Shown: positions 9,625 through 18,455 of the stretch, piece after piece | Numbering within the stretch: the stretch's first letter is position 1 | Layout: each line of letters starts with the position of its first letter | From: Jatrophihabitans sp. | GTDB lineage: Bacteria > Actinomycetota > Actinomycetes > Mycobacteriales > Jatrophihabitantaceae | Assembly: GCA_035507775.1 (NCBI GenBank) | Contig: DATJNU010000042.1 | Coordinates: 405 to 64,404, forward strand | Direction: 5' to 3' | Length of the DNA: 64,000 bases | Position numbers and translations under genes: made by a program | Notes under the pieces: generated by a model | Told to the model about the DNA's origin: nothing | What the model saw: only the letters and a program-made list of their open reading frames with translations | The model's database searches: none

Positions 9625-10555
9625 TGCTGCCCGAGCAGGTGCTGATCACCGACGTGACGCTGCGCGACGGCCTGCAGAACGAGCCGGCGGTGCTCACCGT
9701 CGCGCAGAAGGCACGGATCGCCGCCGCGCTGCGCGGGACGGGGGTCCGCTCGATCGAGGCGGGCAGCTTCGTCCGGCCCGATCTGGTGCCGCAGCTGGCC
9801 GGCACCGGCGAGCTGCTCGCCACCCTGCCCCGGGTCGAGGGGATCAGCCTGGTCGCGCTGGCGCCCAACCTGCGCGGCGCCACGGACGCGCTGGCCGCCG
9901 GCGTGGACGAGGTGCGGTTCGTGCTCTCGGCCAGCGAGGGCCACAGCCGTGCGAACACCGGGCGCAGCCGCGCCGAGGGCATCGAACGGGTCGGCGAGGC
10001 GGTGCGCCGGACCCGGCCCGGCGGCCCGGCGTGCGGATCACGGTGGCGGTCGCGACAGCCTTCGTCTGCCCGTTCGACGGCGCCGTGAGCAGCGCCGAGC
10101 TGGTCGACGTGGTGCGCCCGTTCGCCGCCGCGGGGGTGGCCGCGGTCTACCTGGCCGACACCATCGGCCGGGCCGGGCCACGCCAGGTCACCGAGGCGGT
10201 GGCAGCGGTGCGCGCGGCGTTCCCGGAGCTGCCGCTCGGCCTGCACCTGCACGACACGTACGGCCGCGCGCTGGCCAACGCCTGGGCCGGGCTGCTGCAG
10301 GGGGTGGCGCTCTTCGACTCCGCGGTGGGCGGCATCGGCGGCTGCCCGTTCGCCCCCGGGGCGGCCGGGAACGTGGCGACCGAGGACCTGGTCGAGCTGA
10401 TGCACAGCTGCGGGCTGCCTACCGGCATCGACCTGGATCGGGTGGACGAGGCGAACGAGGTGCTGTCGGCCGAACTCGGCCGCCGGCTGGATACGGTGAC
10501 CGGTCGGGCCCGCCGATCGAGCCGGCGAGCGGCGGAGGCGGTGGGCGCGCGATGA
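9624..10555 (+). pseudogene. HMG-CoA lyase-like (HMGL family) gene interrupted by a 1-nt frameshift near 10030
   Basis: ATG 9624 overlaps the upstream stop (TGATG). The N-terminal half (ITDVTLRDGLQNE...EAGSFVRPDLVPQ...SASEGHSRAN) is in frame 0 and runs to a stop at 10088. The C-terminal half (VRITVAVATAFVCPFDG...LHLHDTYGRALANAWAGL...GGIGGCPFAPGAAGNVATEDLV) is in the -1 frame starting at 10031. The switch lies in the G/C run 10012-10031. Confidence 0.75.
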
Positions 10556-11346
10556 CGGCGCCAGCAGTGGAGTTGAGGTCGGTCCGGCGGGACTTCGCGA
10601 CCTCCAGCGGGGACATGTACACCGCCGTGCACGGCATCGATCTGACCATCCCGCACGGCAGGTTCGTCTCGGTGGTGGGCCCGACCGGCTGTGGCAAGTC
10701 CACCGTGCTGAACATGGCCGCCGGGCTGCTGGCGCCCACCGAGGGCGACGTGCTCAGCTTCGGCCAGCCGCTGGCCGGCATCAATGCGCGGGCCGGCTAC
10801 CTCTTCCAGCAGGAGACCCTGCTGCCGTGGAAGAGCATCGTGGACAACGTCAAGCTCGGCCTCACCATGCGCGGCGTCTCCGGCCGGGAGGCCAAGCAGC
10901 AGGCCCGCTCCTGGCTGAAGCGGGTCGGCCTGGCCGGCTTCGAGGACCGCTACCCGCACCAGCTCAGCGGCGGCATGCGCAAGCGCGCCTCGATCGCCCA
11001 GGTCTGGGTGACCGACCCGGACATCCTGCTGATGGACGAGCCGTTCAGCGCGCTGGACGTGCAGACCCGGCAGGTGATGGAGAACGAGCTGCTCCAGCTG
11101 TGGCAGGGCTCGGACAAGTCGGTGCTGTGCATCACCCACGACCTGGACGAGGCGATCGCGCTGTCCGACGAGGTGGTGCTCCTCTCGTCCGGGCCGGGCA
11201 GCTCCATCGTCGGCCGCTACGAGGTGGACCTGCCCCGGCCCCGCGACCTGCTGACCGTTCGCGACGAGCCCGGTTTCGGCCGCATCTACAACGAGATCTG
11301 GTCCCAGCTCCGCCAGGAAGTGATGAAGACCTATGCAGGAGTCTGA
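10552..11346 (+). CDS. ABC transporter ATP-binding protein (NitT/TauT nitrate/sulfonate/bicarbonate type)
   Basis: ATG 10552 overlaps the lyase stop (ATGA). Walker A GPTGCGKST, signature LSGGMRKR, Walker B ILLMDEPFSALD. Confidence 0.9.
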   Translation: MTAPAVELRSVRRDFATSSGDMYTAVHGIDLTIPHGRFVSVVGPTGCGKSTVLNMAAGLLAPTEGDVLSFGQPLAGINARAGYLFQQETLLPWKSIVDNVKLGLTMRGVSGREAKQQARSWLKRVGLAGFEDRYPHQLSGGMRKRASIAQVWVTDPDILLMDEPFSALDVQTRQVMENELLQLWQGSDKSVLCITHDLDEAIALSDEVVLLSSGPGSSIVGRYEVDLPRPRDLLTVRDEPGFGRIYNEIWSQLRQEVMKTYAGV

Positions 11347-12223
11347 GCTGTCCGGCACCCGCGTCGACACGGTCGCGGCCGAGCCCGCCGCGCCGGAGCG
11401 TCCGAGGGTGCAACCGGCCACCGACGCGCGCCGGGCTGCCAGGGCCCGGGTGCGCCGCCGGCGGGGCCTGGTGCTGTCGCTGCAGCTGCTGATCGCGGTG
11501 ATCTTCCTCGGCGGCTGGCAGATCGGTTCGGACACCGGCCGGCTGGACCCGTTCTTCTTCAGCAGGCCCAGCGACGTCGCGGTCCGGTCCTACCACTGGA
11601 TCACGTCCGGCTACATCGTCGACGACCTCGCCGTGACCCTGCAGGAGGCGTTCTACGCCCTGGTGATCGGCTCGCTGGCAGGCGTCGTGGTCGGTTTCGC
11701 GCTGGGCCGGATCCGGTTGCTGGCCGAGGTGTTCGACCCCTACATCAAGATGCTCAACGCGTTGCCCCGGGTCGTCCTGGCGCCGATCTTCCTGCTCTGG
11801 TTCGGCCTGGGCATCTCGTCGAAGGTCGCCTTCGGCATCACCCTGGTGTTCTTCATCGTGTTCTTCTCGACCTTCGAGGGCGTGCGCAACGTCGACCGGG
11901 TGCTGGTCGACAACGCCCGGATGCTGGGTGGCAAGAAACACCATGTGCTGCGGCACGTTCTCATCCCGAGCGCGGCCACCTGGATCTTCTCCAGCCTGCA
12001 CGTGAGCGTCGGCTTCGCCATCGTCGGCGCCGTGGTCGGTGAGTACCTGGGCGCCTCGCAGGGCGTCGGCTACATCATCGCCCAGTCCGAGGGAACGTTC
12101 GACACCACCGGCGTCTTCGCCGGCATGATCATCCTGACCGTCGTCGTGCTGGTGATCGACCTGATCGTCAACCGGATCGAGCGCAGGCTGCTGCGCTGGC
12201 GGCCGGACCAGCAGTTGAACTAA
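11333..12223 (+). CDS. ABC transporter permease (NitT/TauT type)
   Basis: 296 aa with multiple hydrophobic spans and a binding-protein-dependent permease pattern (LNALPRVVLAPIFLLWFG...ARMLGGKKHHVLRHVLIPSA). It overlaps the 3' end of the ATPase gene. Confidence 0.85.
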   Translation: MQESELSGTRVDTVAAEPAAPERPRVQPATDARRAARARVRRRRGLVLSLQLLIAVIFLGGWQIGSDTGRLDPFFFSRPSDVAVRSYHWITSGYIVDDLAVTLQEAFYALVIGSLAGVVVGFALGRIRLLAEVFDPYIKMLNALPRVVLAPIFLLWFGLGISSKVAFGITLVFFIVFFSTFEGVRNVDRVLVDNARMLGGKKHHVLRHVLIPSAATWIFSSLHVSVGFAIVGAVVGEYLGASQGVGYIIAQSEGTFDTTGVFAGMIILTVVVLVIDLIVNRIERRLLRWRPDQQLN

Positions 12224-12288
12224 CCGCCCCGGCTCCGGCCTCGGCACGCGTCATCTCATCCCCGCGCTCTGATTCGGAAGGGATCACC

Positions 12289-13326
12289 ATGAGGGCGAAA
12301 CTCCTGCGACTGCGGGCAGTCGGCATCCTGCTCGCCGGCGCGCTGGTCGTCACCACCGGCTGCTCCAGCCACGGGTCGTCGAGCGGCTCCGGCGGCTCGA
12401 AGAACGTCACCATCGGCGTGGGCGGCCAGAGCCTGCTGGTCTACCTGCCGACCACGCTCGCCCAGCAACTCGGCTACTACAAGGACGAGGGGCTGAACGT
12501 CAAGCTGCAGGACCTGCAGGCGGGCTCGAAGGCGCTGACCGCCTTGCTCGGCGGCAGCGTGGACGTGACCTCGGGCTACTACGACCACACGATCCAGACC
12601 CAGGCCAAGGGCAAGTCGATCGAGTCGTTCGTGACGATGCTGCGGCTGCCGGCGCTGGCCCTGGTGGTCTCGCCGAAGCACAAGGGCACGGTCAATTCGA
12701 TCGCCGACCTGAAGGGCGGCAAGATCGGGGTCACCGCGCCCGGCTCGTCCACCGACTTCTTCCTGAACTTCCTGCTCACGCAGGCGGGCCTGTCCAGCGG
12801 CGACGTCAGCCACCAGGCCGTCGGCGGTGGCAGCACCGCGGTGGCCGCGATGGAGCAGGGCACCGTGGACGCCGCGGTGATGATCGACCCGGCCATCTCC
12901 GAACTGGCCAAGCGGCACCCGGACCTGAAGATCGTGGACGACCTGCGCACCCAGGACGGGGTGCAGAAGGTCTACGGCACCACCCAGTACCCGGCCGCTG
13001 TGCTGTACTCCTCGCCCGACTGGGTGAAGGGCCACCAGGACACCGCCAAGAAGCTCGCCGCCGCCATCGTGAAGACCCTGCAGTGGATCAGCTCGCACAG
13101 CGCCGAGGAGATCGTCGCCAAGATGCCGGCCAGCTTCGTCGGCAGCGACAAGGCGGTCTACACCCAGGCGGTGGCCGCGGCCAAGCCGACGTACTCCACC
13201 GACGGCACGATGGATCCGGCCGGTGCCGCCGAGGTCCTGAAGGTGCTCTCCTCCGATCCGGCCATCGCCAGCGCGAACATCAAGCTGGACACCACCTACA
13301 CCAACGGGCTGTTGCCCTCGTCCTGA
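12289..13326 (+). CDS. ABC substrate-binding lipoprotein (NMT1/SsuA-like)
   Basis: Signal peptide with lipobox VVTTGC. Periplasmic-binding pattern: VTIGVGGQSLLVYLPTTLAQQLGYYKDEGLNVKL...GKIGVTAPGSSTDFFL. Confidence 0.85.
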   Translation: MRAKLLRLRAVGILLAGALVVTTGCSSHGSSSGSGGSKNVTIGVGGQSLLVYLPTTLAQQLGYYKDEGLNVKLQDLQAGSKALTALLGGSVDVTSGYYDHTIQTQAKGKSIESFVTMLRLPALALVVSPKHKGTVNSIADLKGGKIGVTAPGSSTDFFLNFLLTQAGLSSGDVSHQAVGGGSTAVAAMEQGTVDAAVMIDPAISELAKRHPDLKIVDDLRTQDGVQKVYGTTQYPAAVLYSSPDWVKGHQDTAKKLAAAIVKTLQWISSHSAEEIVAKMPASFVGSDKAVYTQAVAAAKPTYSTDGTMDPAGAAEVLKVLSSDPAIASANIKLDTTYTNGLLPSS

Positions 13327-13336
13327 CCGGGCCGTG

Positions 13337-13366
13337 CTGGCCGGCCCGCGATCGCGGGCCGACCAG
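13337..13366. terminator. palindromic hairpin between convergent genes
   Basis: CTGGCCGGCCCGCGA/TCGCGGGCCGACCAG has 15-nt arms with one mismatch and a perfect 18-nt palindrome core (GGCCCGCGATCGCGGGCC). It lies between the binding-protein stop (13326) and the IclR stop (13375). Confidence 0.55.
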
Positions 13367-13374
13367 TACGGCGG

Positions 13375-14070
13375 CTAGAGCGCGTCGGTGAGGGATCGCG
13401 CCGCCCGGACCACCGGCTGGGCGTACTGCCTGCCGGGCTCGCGGGTCATCCGGGAGATCGGGCCGGAGAGGCAGAGCGCCAGCAGCCGGCCGTTCGAGCA
13501 GTGGACCGGGGCGCTGACCGAGGCGACTCCGAGCGCCCGCTGGCCGACGCTCTCGGCCCAGCCCCGCTGGCGCACCCGGCGCAGCAGTACCGGGCCGAAC
13601 GCCTGCTCCGACACGGCCTCCGTTCCCGGATCGGCCGTGAACGCAAGCAGAACCTGGGCCGCGGAACCGGCGCTCATGGTGAGCTCGTTGCCCATCGGCA
13701 CCGTGTCCCGCAGGCCGGCCGCCTGTTCGACGGCGGCGATGCAGACCCGGACGTCGCCGGCCCGCCGGTAGAGCTGGATGCTCTCGCCGGTCGCCTCGTG
13801 CAGCTCCTGCATCACCGGACGTGCCGTGACCAGCAGCGGATCCGTGGCCTGGGCGGCCAGCTCGTGCAGCCAGGTGCCGAGCATCCAGCCGCCCTTGCCG
13901 TCCGGCGCGAGCAGCCCGGCGCCCTGCAGCGCGGTGACCAGCCGGTAGGTGGTGGCCCGGCTGATGCCGGTCCGTTCGGACAGCTCGCGCGGTGTCGCCG
14001 CTCCTGCCTGCACCGCCCTGAGCAGCTGGAACGCCTTGCCCAGCACGCCATAGCCAGATTGTGCTTCCAC
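13375..14070 (-). CDS. IclR family transcriptional regulator
   Basis: 231 aa with an N-terminal wHTH (PRELSERTGISRATTYRLVTALQGAGLL) and a C-terminal IclR effector-domain pattern. It is divergent from the methyltransferase gene. Confidence 0.9.
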   Translation of the reverse strand: MEAQSGYGVLGKAFQLLRAVQAGAATPRELSERTGISRATTYRLVTALQGAGLLAPDGKGGWMLGTWLHELAAQATDPLLVTARPVMQELHEATGESIQLYRRAGDVRVCIAAVEQAAGLRDTVPMGNELTMSAGSAAQVLLAFTADPGTEAVSEQAFGPVLLRRVRQRGWAESVGQRALGVASVSAPVHCSNGRLLALCLSGPISRMTREPGRQYAQPVVRAARSLTDAL

Positions 14071-14253
14071 GATGGGGGATTATGGCAGCAGGAGCGGTAA
14101 GCGGGTAATGCTGGAAATCCCGGTATCTGAGACCGACGGTTCGCATCGTAGACGTGGTAGGTGTCGGGACATATATTCGTAAGCACTCCATCTGCGCCGT
14201 ATGCCTCGCTCCCGGCACGTCCGGCAGGCGCTCATCACGACAAGGGAAGTGAC

Positions 14254-15255
14254 ATGTCCAAGCTCGATTTCGCCACCCGGGGCCAGCCGCGCCGGCACGC
14301 CTTCGAACTCGTGCAGGGCTACATCCTCTGCTCGGTGCTGGCTTCGCTCGACGACGCGGGAGTGCTGGACAAGCTCGAGCAGGACGGCCTGCGGGTCGCG
14401 GACGTCGGCGCCAACGCCCAGCTCTCGCGGGACACCCTGTACTACCTGGTGGATCGCGGGGTGGTCTATCCGGACGGCGACACCTACCGGCTGACCGGCT
14501 ACGGCACGGAACTCTTCCACGACCGTGGCTACATCTTCTGGATCGCCGGCGGCTTCGGTTTCCCCTTCCTGCGCTTCGGTGATCTGGTCGCCGGCACGCA
14601 CCACTACGGCACCGACATCACCCGGGACGGCCGGATCGTGGCGGTCTCGTCGGCCAACCTCGGTCTCGACGACGTCAAGCCCTACATCCACCGGATCCTC
14701 GAGGAACTCGACTACACCAAGGTGGCCGACCTCGGCTGCGGCAACGCCCGCAACCTGATCGGCATCGCGAACGCGAAGGGCGCGGCCGGCATCGGGGTCG
14801 ACATCGACGCCGACGCGATCGCCGAGGCGAACAAGGAGATCGACAACGAGGGCCTGACCGGCAAGGTCAAGGCGGTGCTCGCCGACGCCTCCGACCCGAA
14901 CGCGATCCCCGAGCTGGAGACGGTGGACCTGCTGGTCGGCTTCTTCTTCATGCACGAGGTGCTCGGCAAGGGCCTGGAGTACTTCATCGAGTTCGTCCGC
15001 GGCCTGTCCCGCCGGATGCCCGCCGGGGCCCACATCCTCGCGGTCGAGGTGCAGCCGCCGACCCGGGACCGGGCCGCGCCGGAGACCTTCACGCCCGAGT
15101 TCACGCTGATCCACGCGCTGATGGGGCAGGGCCTGCTCGACGAGGACGGCTGGCGCGACGCCTTCGACCAGGGCGGCTTCGACGTCGTCAAGTCCGAGCA
15201 CCCGAACATCCCCGGCGGCGTGATCATGCTGGCCCGCAACCGCGGCGACCAGTAG
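14254..15255 (+). CDS. class I SAM-dependent methyltransferase with N-terminal winged-helix/dimerisation-like domain
   Basis: ATG 14254 is preceded by AAGGGAAG. SAM motif I is VADLGCGNARNL. The track ORF is over-extended to 14161. Confidence 0.8.
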   Translation: MSKLDFATRGQPRRHAFELVQGYILCSVLASLDDAGVLDKLEQDGLRVADVGANAQLSRDTLYYLVDRGVVYPDGDTYRLTGYGTELFHDRGYIFWIAGGFGFPFLRFGDLVAGTHHYGTDITRDGRIVAVSSANLGLDDVKPYIHRILEELDYTKVADLGCGNARNLIGIANAKGAAGIGVDIDADAIAEANKEIDNEGLTGKVKAVLADASDPNAIPELETVDLLVGFFFMHEVLGKGLEYFIEFVRGLSRRMPAGAHILAVEVQPPTRDRAAPETFTPEFTLIHALMGQGLLDEDGWRDAFDQGGFDVVKSEHPNIPGGVIMLARNRGDQ

Positions 15256-15289
15256 CACCGCCGCCGCCCGATCCAGCCGAGGAGCAACG

Positions 15290-15601
15290 GTGTACCTGGT
15301 CTTCGTGAACTACATCGTGCCGGAGGAGGAGGTCACTCCGGTGCGCGCGCAGCACTTCGAGTTCATCGACCGGCATTTCGCGGCGAACGAGTTCGTGCTC
15401 GGCGGCCGGCGGTCACCCGGTGACGGCGGCTTCATCCTGGTGCGCGATCTCGGGCGCGAGAAGGTCGAGCAGATCATCGCCGAGGACCCGTACCTGGCCG
15501 CCGGCGTGGCGGTGCACGAGCTCATCGACCTGCACCCGGCCCGGGTGCAGCCGGCCATCGCGGACTTCCTCGGCCTGGAGCGGCTGGTGGGTCAGCGGTA
15601 G
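15290..15601 (+). CDS. YciI family protein
   Basis: 103 aa: MYLVFVNYIVPEEEV...RHFAANEFVLGGRRSP.DGGFILV...AEDPY, matching the YCII-like pattern. GGAGCAA lies upstream of the GTG start. Confidence 0.7.
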   Translation: MYLVFVNYIVPEEEVTPVRAQHFEFIDRHFAANEFVLGGRRSPGDGGFILVRDLGREKVEQIIAEDPYLAAGVAVHELIDLHPARVQPAIADFLGLERLVGQR

Positions 15602-15689
15602 GCGGGGCGCCGGGTCCATCGGGGGGGAGCCGGCGGCGTCGGCCGGGGGATCGGGGTCGTCCGGCCGGCGCCGCTGTCGATGGGCGCGG

Positions 15690-15983
15690 TCAGCTCTCCT
15701 CCGGGCGATAGCCGTACTCGACCAGCTGGGGCTTCATCGCCTCCTTGGCCGCCTCGTGCTGGCCGCAGTCGCAGATGCCGTCGAAGCCGCCGGCCCGCCG
15801 CTCGCTGACCAGCAACCCGCCGCCGCCCCAGTTGTCGACCGCCACCTCGTCGATCAGGACGTAGATCCGCTCCGGGTGCTTGTTCATGACGTCGTGCAGC
15901 AGGTCCGTCACGCCCTGGACGAGCTGCCGCTTCTGCTCGCGGGTGACGTTCTCGTCGGTGAGTTCGATCCTCACGATGGGCAC
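15690..15983 (-). CDS. 4-oxalocrotonate tautomerase family protein with C-terminal extension
   Basis: The N-terminus MPIVRIELTDENVTREQKRQLVQGVTDLLHDVM has the catalytic Pro1 context. At 97 aa it carries about 35 extra C-terminal residues, including GICDCGQHE. Confidence 0.7.
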   Translation of the reverse strand: MPIVRIELTDENVTREQKRQLVQGVTDLLHDVMNKHPERIYVLIDEVAVDNWGGGGLLVSERRAGGFDGICDCGQHEAAKEAMKPQLVEYGYRPEES

Positions 15984-16087
15984 GGTCGGGCCTCCTGGTC
16001 ATGGTGTTCGGGTGGGTGTGCGCGGGTGGACGGTGCGGCTCGGCTACGTGTCGGGAACGGGGACGCGGGAACTCCTCGCCCCGGCGG

Positions 16088-16143
16088 CACGGTTGCCGAA
16101 TTCCACGGTTGCCTGCCCCACGGTTGCCAGCGCCGTGGTTGCC
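16088..16143. promoter_or_regulatory. four evenly spaced direct repeats (candidate operator) in a divergent intergenic region
   Basis: CACGGTTGCC occurs at 16088, 16104 and 16119, with the variant CGTGGTTGCC at 16134 (spacing 16/15/15 nt). The array lies between the tautomerase start (15983, -) and the RidA-like start (16321, +). Confidence 0.4.
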
Positions 16144-16320
16144 GGTGTGGCGCAGCCCGTCGGGTGGCAATAGTCCCTTTGGTAACCAGGCCAGTCTGCC
16201 CTGGTACGGTTTGACCCGTCAAGCCGTACCGCTGCCCGGACTGCCTTATCCGATAACGCTATTCGCAACCGGGCGCCGGTACCTGGCGGCCGGCCCGGAC
16301 CGAGAGGCGCAGGTGACGCG

Positions 16321-16755
16321 ATGCCCCCGGTGGACCGCCCGCACCGGGCCCCAGCCCCGGTGGGGCGCTACCTGCCCGCGGTGGTCGGCGGTGGGCTGAT
16401 CCAGGTGTCGGGGCAGGGCCCGGTCGGGCCGGACGGTCCGCAGCCGCTGGTCACCGGCCGGCTGGGCGAGGCGGCCACCCCGGCGGACGCCCGGCGGGCG
16501 GCGGAACTCGCGATGGCCAACGTGCTCGCCGCGCTCCGGGAGGCACCGGTCCCGGCGCACCGGATGGTCCGGTTGCTGGTGCTGGTCGCGTGCGCTCCGG
16601 GCTCGGGCGGCCTGCTCGCCGGCGTCGCCGCGGCCGCGCTGGCGACCTGCGCGGCCGGCCTGCCCGGACCGGCCCCGGCCTGCACGGTGGTCGGGGTGCC
16701 GTGTCTGCCGTTCGACATCACCGTCGAGATCGAGGCGGTTGCGGCCGGCCGCTGA
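16321..16755 (+). CDS. RidA/YjgF/L-PSP family protein
   Basis: 144 aa: PAPVGRYLPAVVGGGLIQVSGQGPVGPDG...ARRAAELAMANVLAAL...PFDITVEIEAVA. Confidence 0.6.
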   Translation: MPPVDRPHRAPAPVGRYLPAVVGGGLIQVSGQGPVGPDGPQPLVTGRLGEAATPADARRAAELAMANVLAALREAPVPAHRMVRLLVLVACAPGSGGLLAGVAAAALATCAAGLPGPAPACTVVGVPCLPFDITVEIEAVAAGR

Positions 16756-16761
16756 GCGGGA

Positions 16762-17667
16762 TCAGCCGGGTGGCTTCGACCCCGGCAGGGCGAACCGGCC
16801 ACCCGACAGCGGGTCGAGCAGGCCGTCGGCCACCAGGGAGTCCTGCGCGCGGCGGCGCTGCACGGCGTCCGGCCAGACGGCGTCCAGGCTCGCCTGGACG
16901 ACCGGCCCGTCGGCGGCCCGCAGCACGTCCAGCAGCAGGCCCCGGACCTGCCGGTCGGTGCCGGCGAACCGCTGTGGCCGGGGCAGCGGGCCCTCGTAGG
17001 CGGGATAGCCGGCCGCCCGCCACCGGCAGAGTTCGCGGACCGGGCACCGGGTGCAGGCCGGCCCGGCGGCCGTGCAGATCACCGCGCCCAGCTCCATGAT
17101 CGCCGCGCAGAACCGGGCCGCCGCAGCGTCCGGGGCCGGCAGCACCCGCTCCATCAGGGCCAGGTCGCGGGCGGTGGCCGGTGGCCCCGGCAGGCCCTGG
17201 CCGGTCACTGCCCGGGCCAGCACCCGCCGCACGTTGACGTCGACCACCGGTGCCCGCCGCCCGAACGCGAAGGCCAGCACCGCCCGCGCCGTGTACTCGC
17301 CGACCCCGGGCAGCGCGAGCAGCGCCGGCAGTTGGTCGGGGACCCGGCCGCCGTGCTCGTCGGTGATCGCGCTGGCGCAGGCGTGCAGCCGCAGCGCCCG
17401 GCGCGGGTAGCCGAGCTTGCCCCACATCCGCACCGCCTCGCCGGGCTGGTCGGCCGCCAGCGCGGCGGGGGTCGGCCAGCGCTCCAGCCAGGCGCGGTAG
17501 GCCGGCAGCACCCGGTTCACCGGGGTCTGCTGCAGCATCACCTCGCTCACCAGCACCGACCACGCCGGCGTGCCCGGGTGCCGCCAGGGCAGGTCGCGGG
17601 CGTGCTCGTCGAACCATTCGGTGACCTGGGCGGCGAGGGCGGCGGCGGCTGGCATGGCAGCGCCCAT
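16762..17667 (-). CDS. mutY: A/G-specific adenine DNA glycosylase
   Basis: WFDEHARDLPWR...VSEVMLQQTPVNRV...LPGVGEYTARAV, with the Fe-S cluster loop CTAAGPACTRCPVRELC. Confidence 0.9.
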   Translation of the reverse strand: MGAAMPAAAALAAQVTEWFDEHARDLPWRHPGTPAWSVLVSEVMLQQTPVNRVLPAYRAWLERWPTPAALAADQPGEAVRMWGKLGYPRRALRLHACASAITDEHGGRVPDQLPALLALPGVGEYTARAVLAFAFGRRAPVVDVNVRRVLARAVTGQGLPGPPATARDLALMERVLPAPDAAAARFCAAIMELGAVICTAAGPACTRCPVRELCRWRAAGYPAYEGPLPRPQRFAGTDRQVRGLLLDVLRAADGPVVQASLDAVWPDAVQRRRAQDSLVADGLLDPLSGGRFALPGSKPPG

Positions 17668-17735
17668 CCTGACATGGCGGTTCTCGGCGGGGCGTGCCCG
17701 GTCGCAACGGCCGTCTCCACTACGTTGTAGGCCAC

Positions 17736-18413
17736 ATGTTGCATCCGGTTGGTGATCAGGCCCCGTCCGTGTACTGGCGGCGGCGAATCATGCTGCTCGC
17801 GGTGCTGGCCCTGGCCGCCGTGAGCATCTACGCGCTGGCCTTCCGGAACGGCGGCGACGCGGCGCCGCGCGGCACCGGCAGCTTCACGCCGACCGGTCGC
17901 GGCAGCTCGACCCCGCCCGGCAGCCCGACCCCGCCCGGCAGCCCGGGCACGTCCGGTCCCGCGGCCGGGGTCCCGGCCTCCAGCGCCTCGACGACGGCAC
18001 ACCACAGCGTGCCCGCCGTGCCCAAGGCCTGCGCCGCCGGCCAGCTCGCGATCGCGGCCAGCACGGGGCAGCCCCGCTACGCCGCGGGCGCCCAGCCCAA
18101 GGTCGCCATCGTCGTGACCAACCGCGGTCCCGCGCCGTGCGTGGCGGACCTGTCCGACAGTCAGATCGAGCTGCGCATCTACACCGGCAGCGCGCGGGTC
18201 TGGGGCAGCCACGACTGCGCCATCCAGCCGGGAACCGCCCTGGCCACGCTGCCGGTCGGCCAGCCGATCCGCCGCGACATCCAGTGGTCGGGCCTGACCT
18301 CGCAACCGGCCTGTGCCGGCACCCGGATGCGGGTCGGCGCCGGCACGTACACCCTGCAAGCATTCCTCGGCGGGCACCAGGGCACGCCGAGCACGTTCGT
18401 GCTGGCCGGCTGA
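17736..18413 (+). CDS. membrane-anchored hypothetical protein with Pro/Ser/Thr-rich linker
   Basis: ATG 17736. It has one TM helix (IMLLAVLALAAVSIYALAF), a low-complexity linker TPPGSPTPPGSPGTS, and a Cys-containing C-terminal domain. It occupies the position of a conserved membrane protein next to mutY in other actinobacteria (from memory). Confidence 0.55.
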   Translation: MLHPVGDQAPSVYWRRRIMLLAVLALAAVSIYALAFRNGGDAAPRGTGSFTPTGRGSSTPPGSPTPPGSPGTSGPAAGVPASSASTTAHHSVPAVPKACAAGQLAIAASTGQPRYAAGAQPKVAIVVTNRGPAPCVADLSDSQIELRIYTGSARVWGSHDCAIQPGTALATLPVGQPIRRDIQWSGLTSQPACAGTRMRVGAGTYTLQAFLGGHQGTPSTFVLAG

Positions 18414-18455
18414 GCGCGGGCCCGTCAGCGGCGCGGCCCCGTCAGCGGCGCGGGC

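Noticed and set aside
10012-10031. Programmed -1 ribosomal frameshift in the HMGL-like gene
   Set aside because: There is no X XXY YYZ slippery heptamer or obvious downstream pseudoknot. A mutation or homopolymer-type sequencing error is more parsimonious.
13375-14070. IclR regulator as the leuCD regulator (NdgR/LtbR type)
   Set aside because: Canonical NdgR/LtbR genes sit immediately divergent from leuC. This one is 10 kb away, on the same strand as leuCD, and is divergent from a methyltransferase gene instead.
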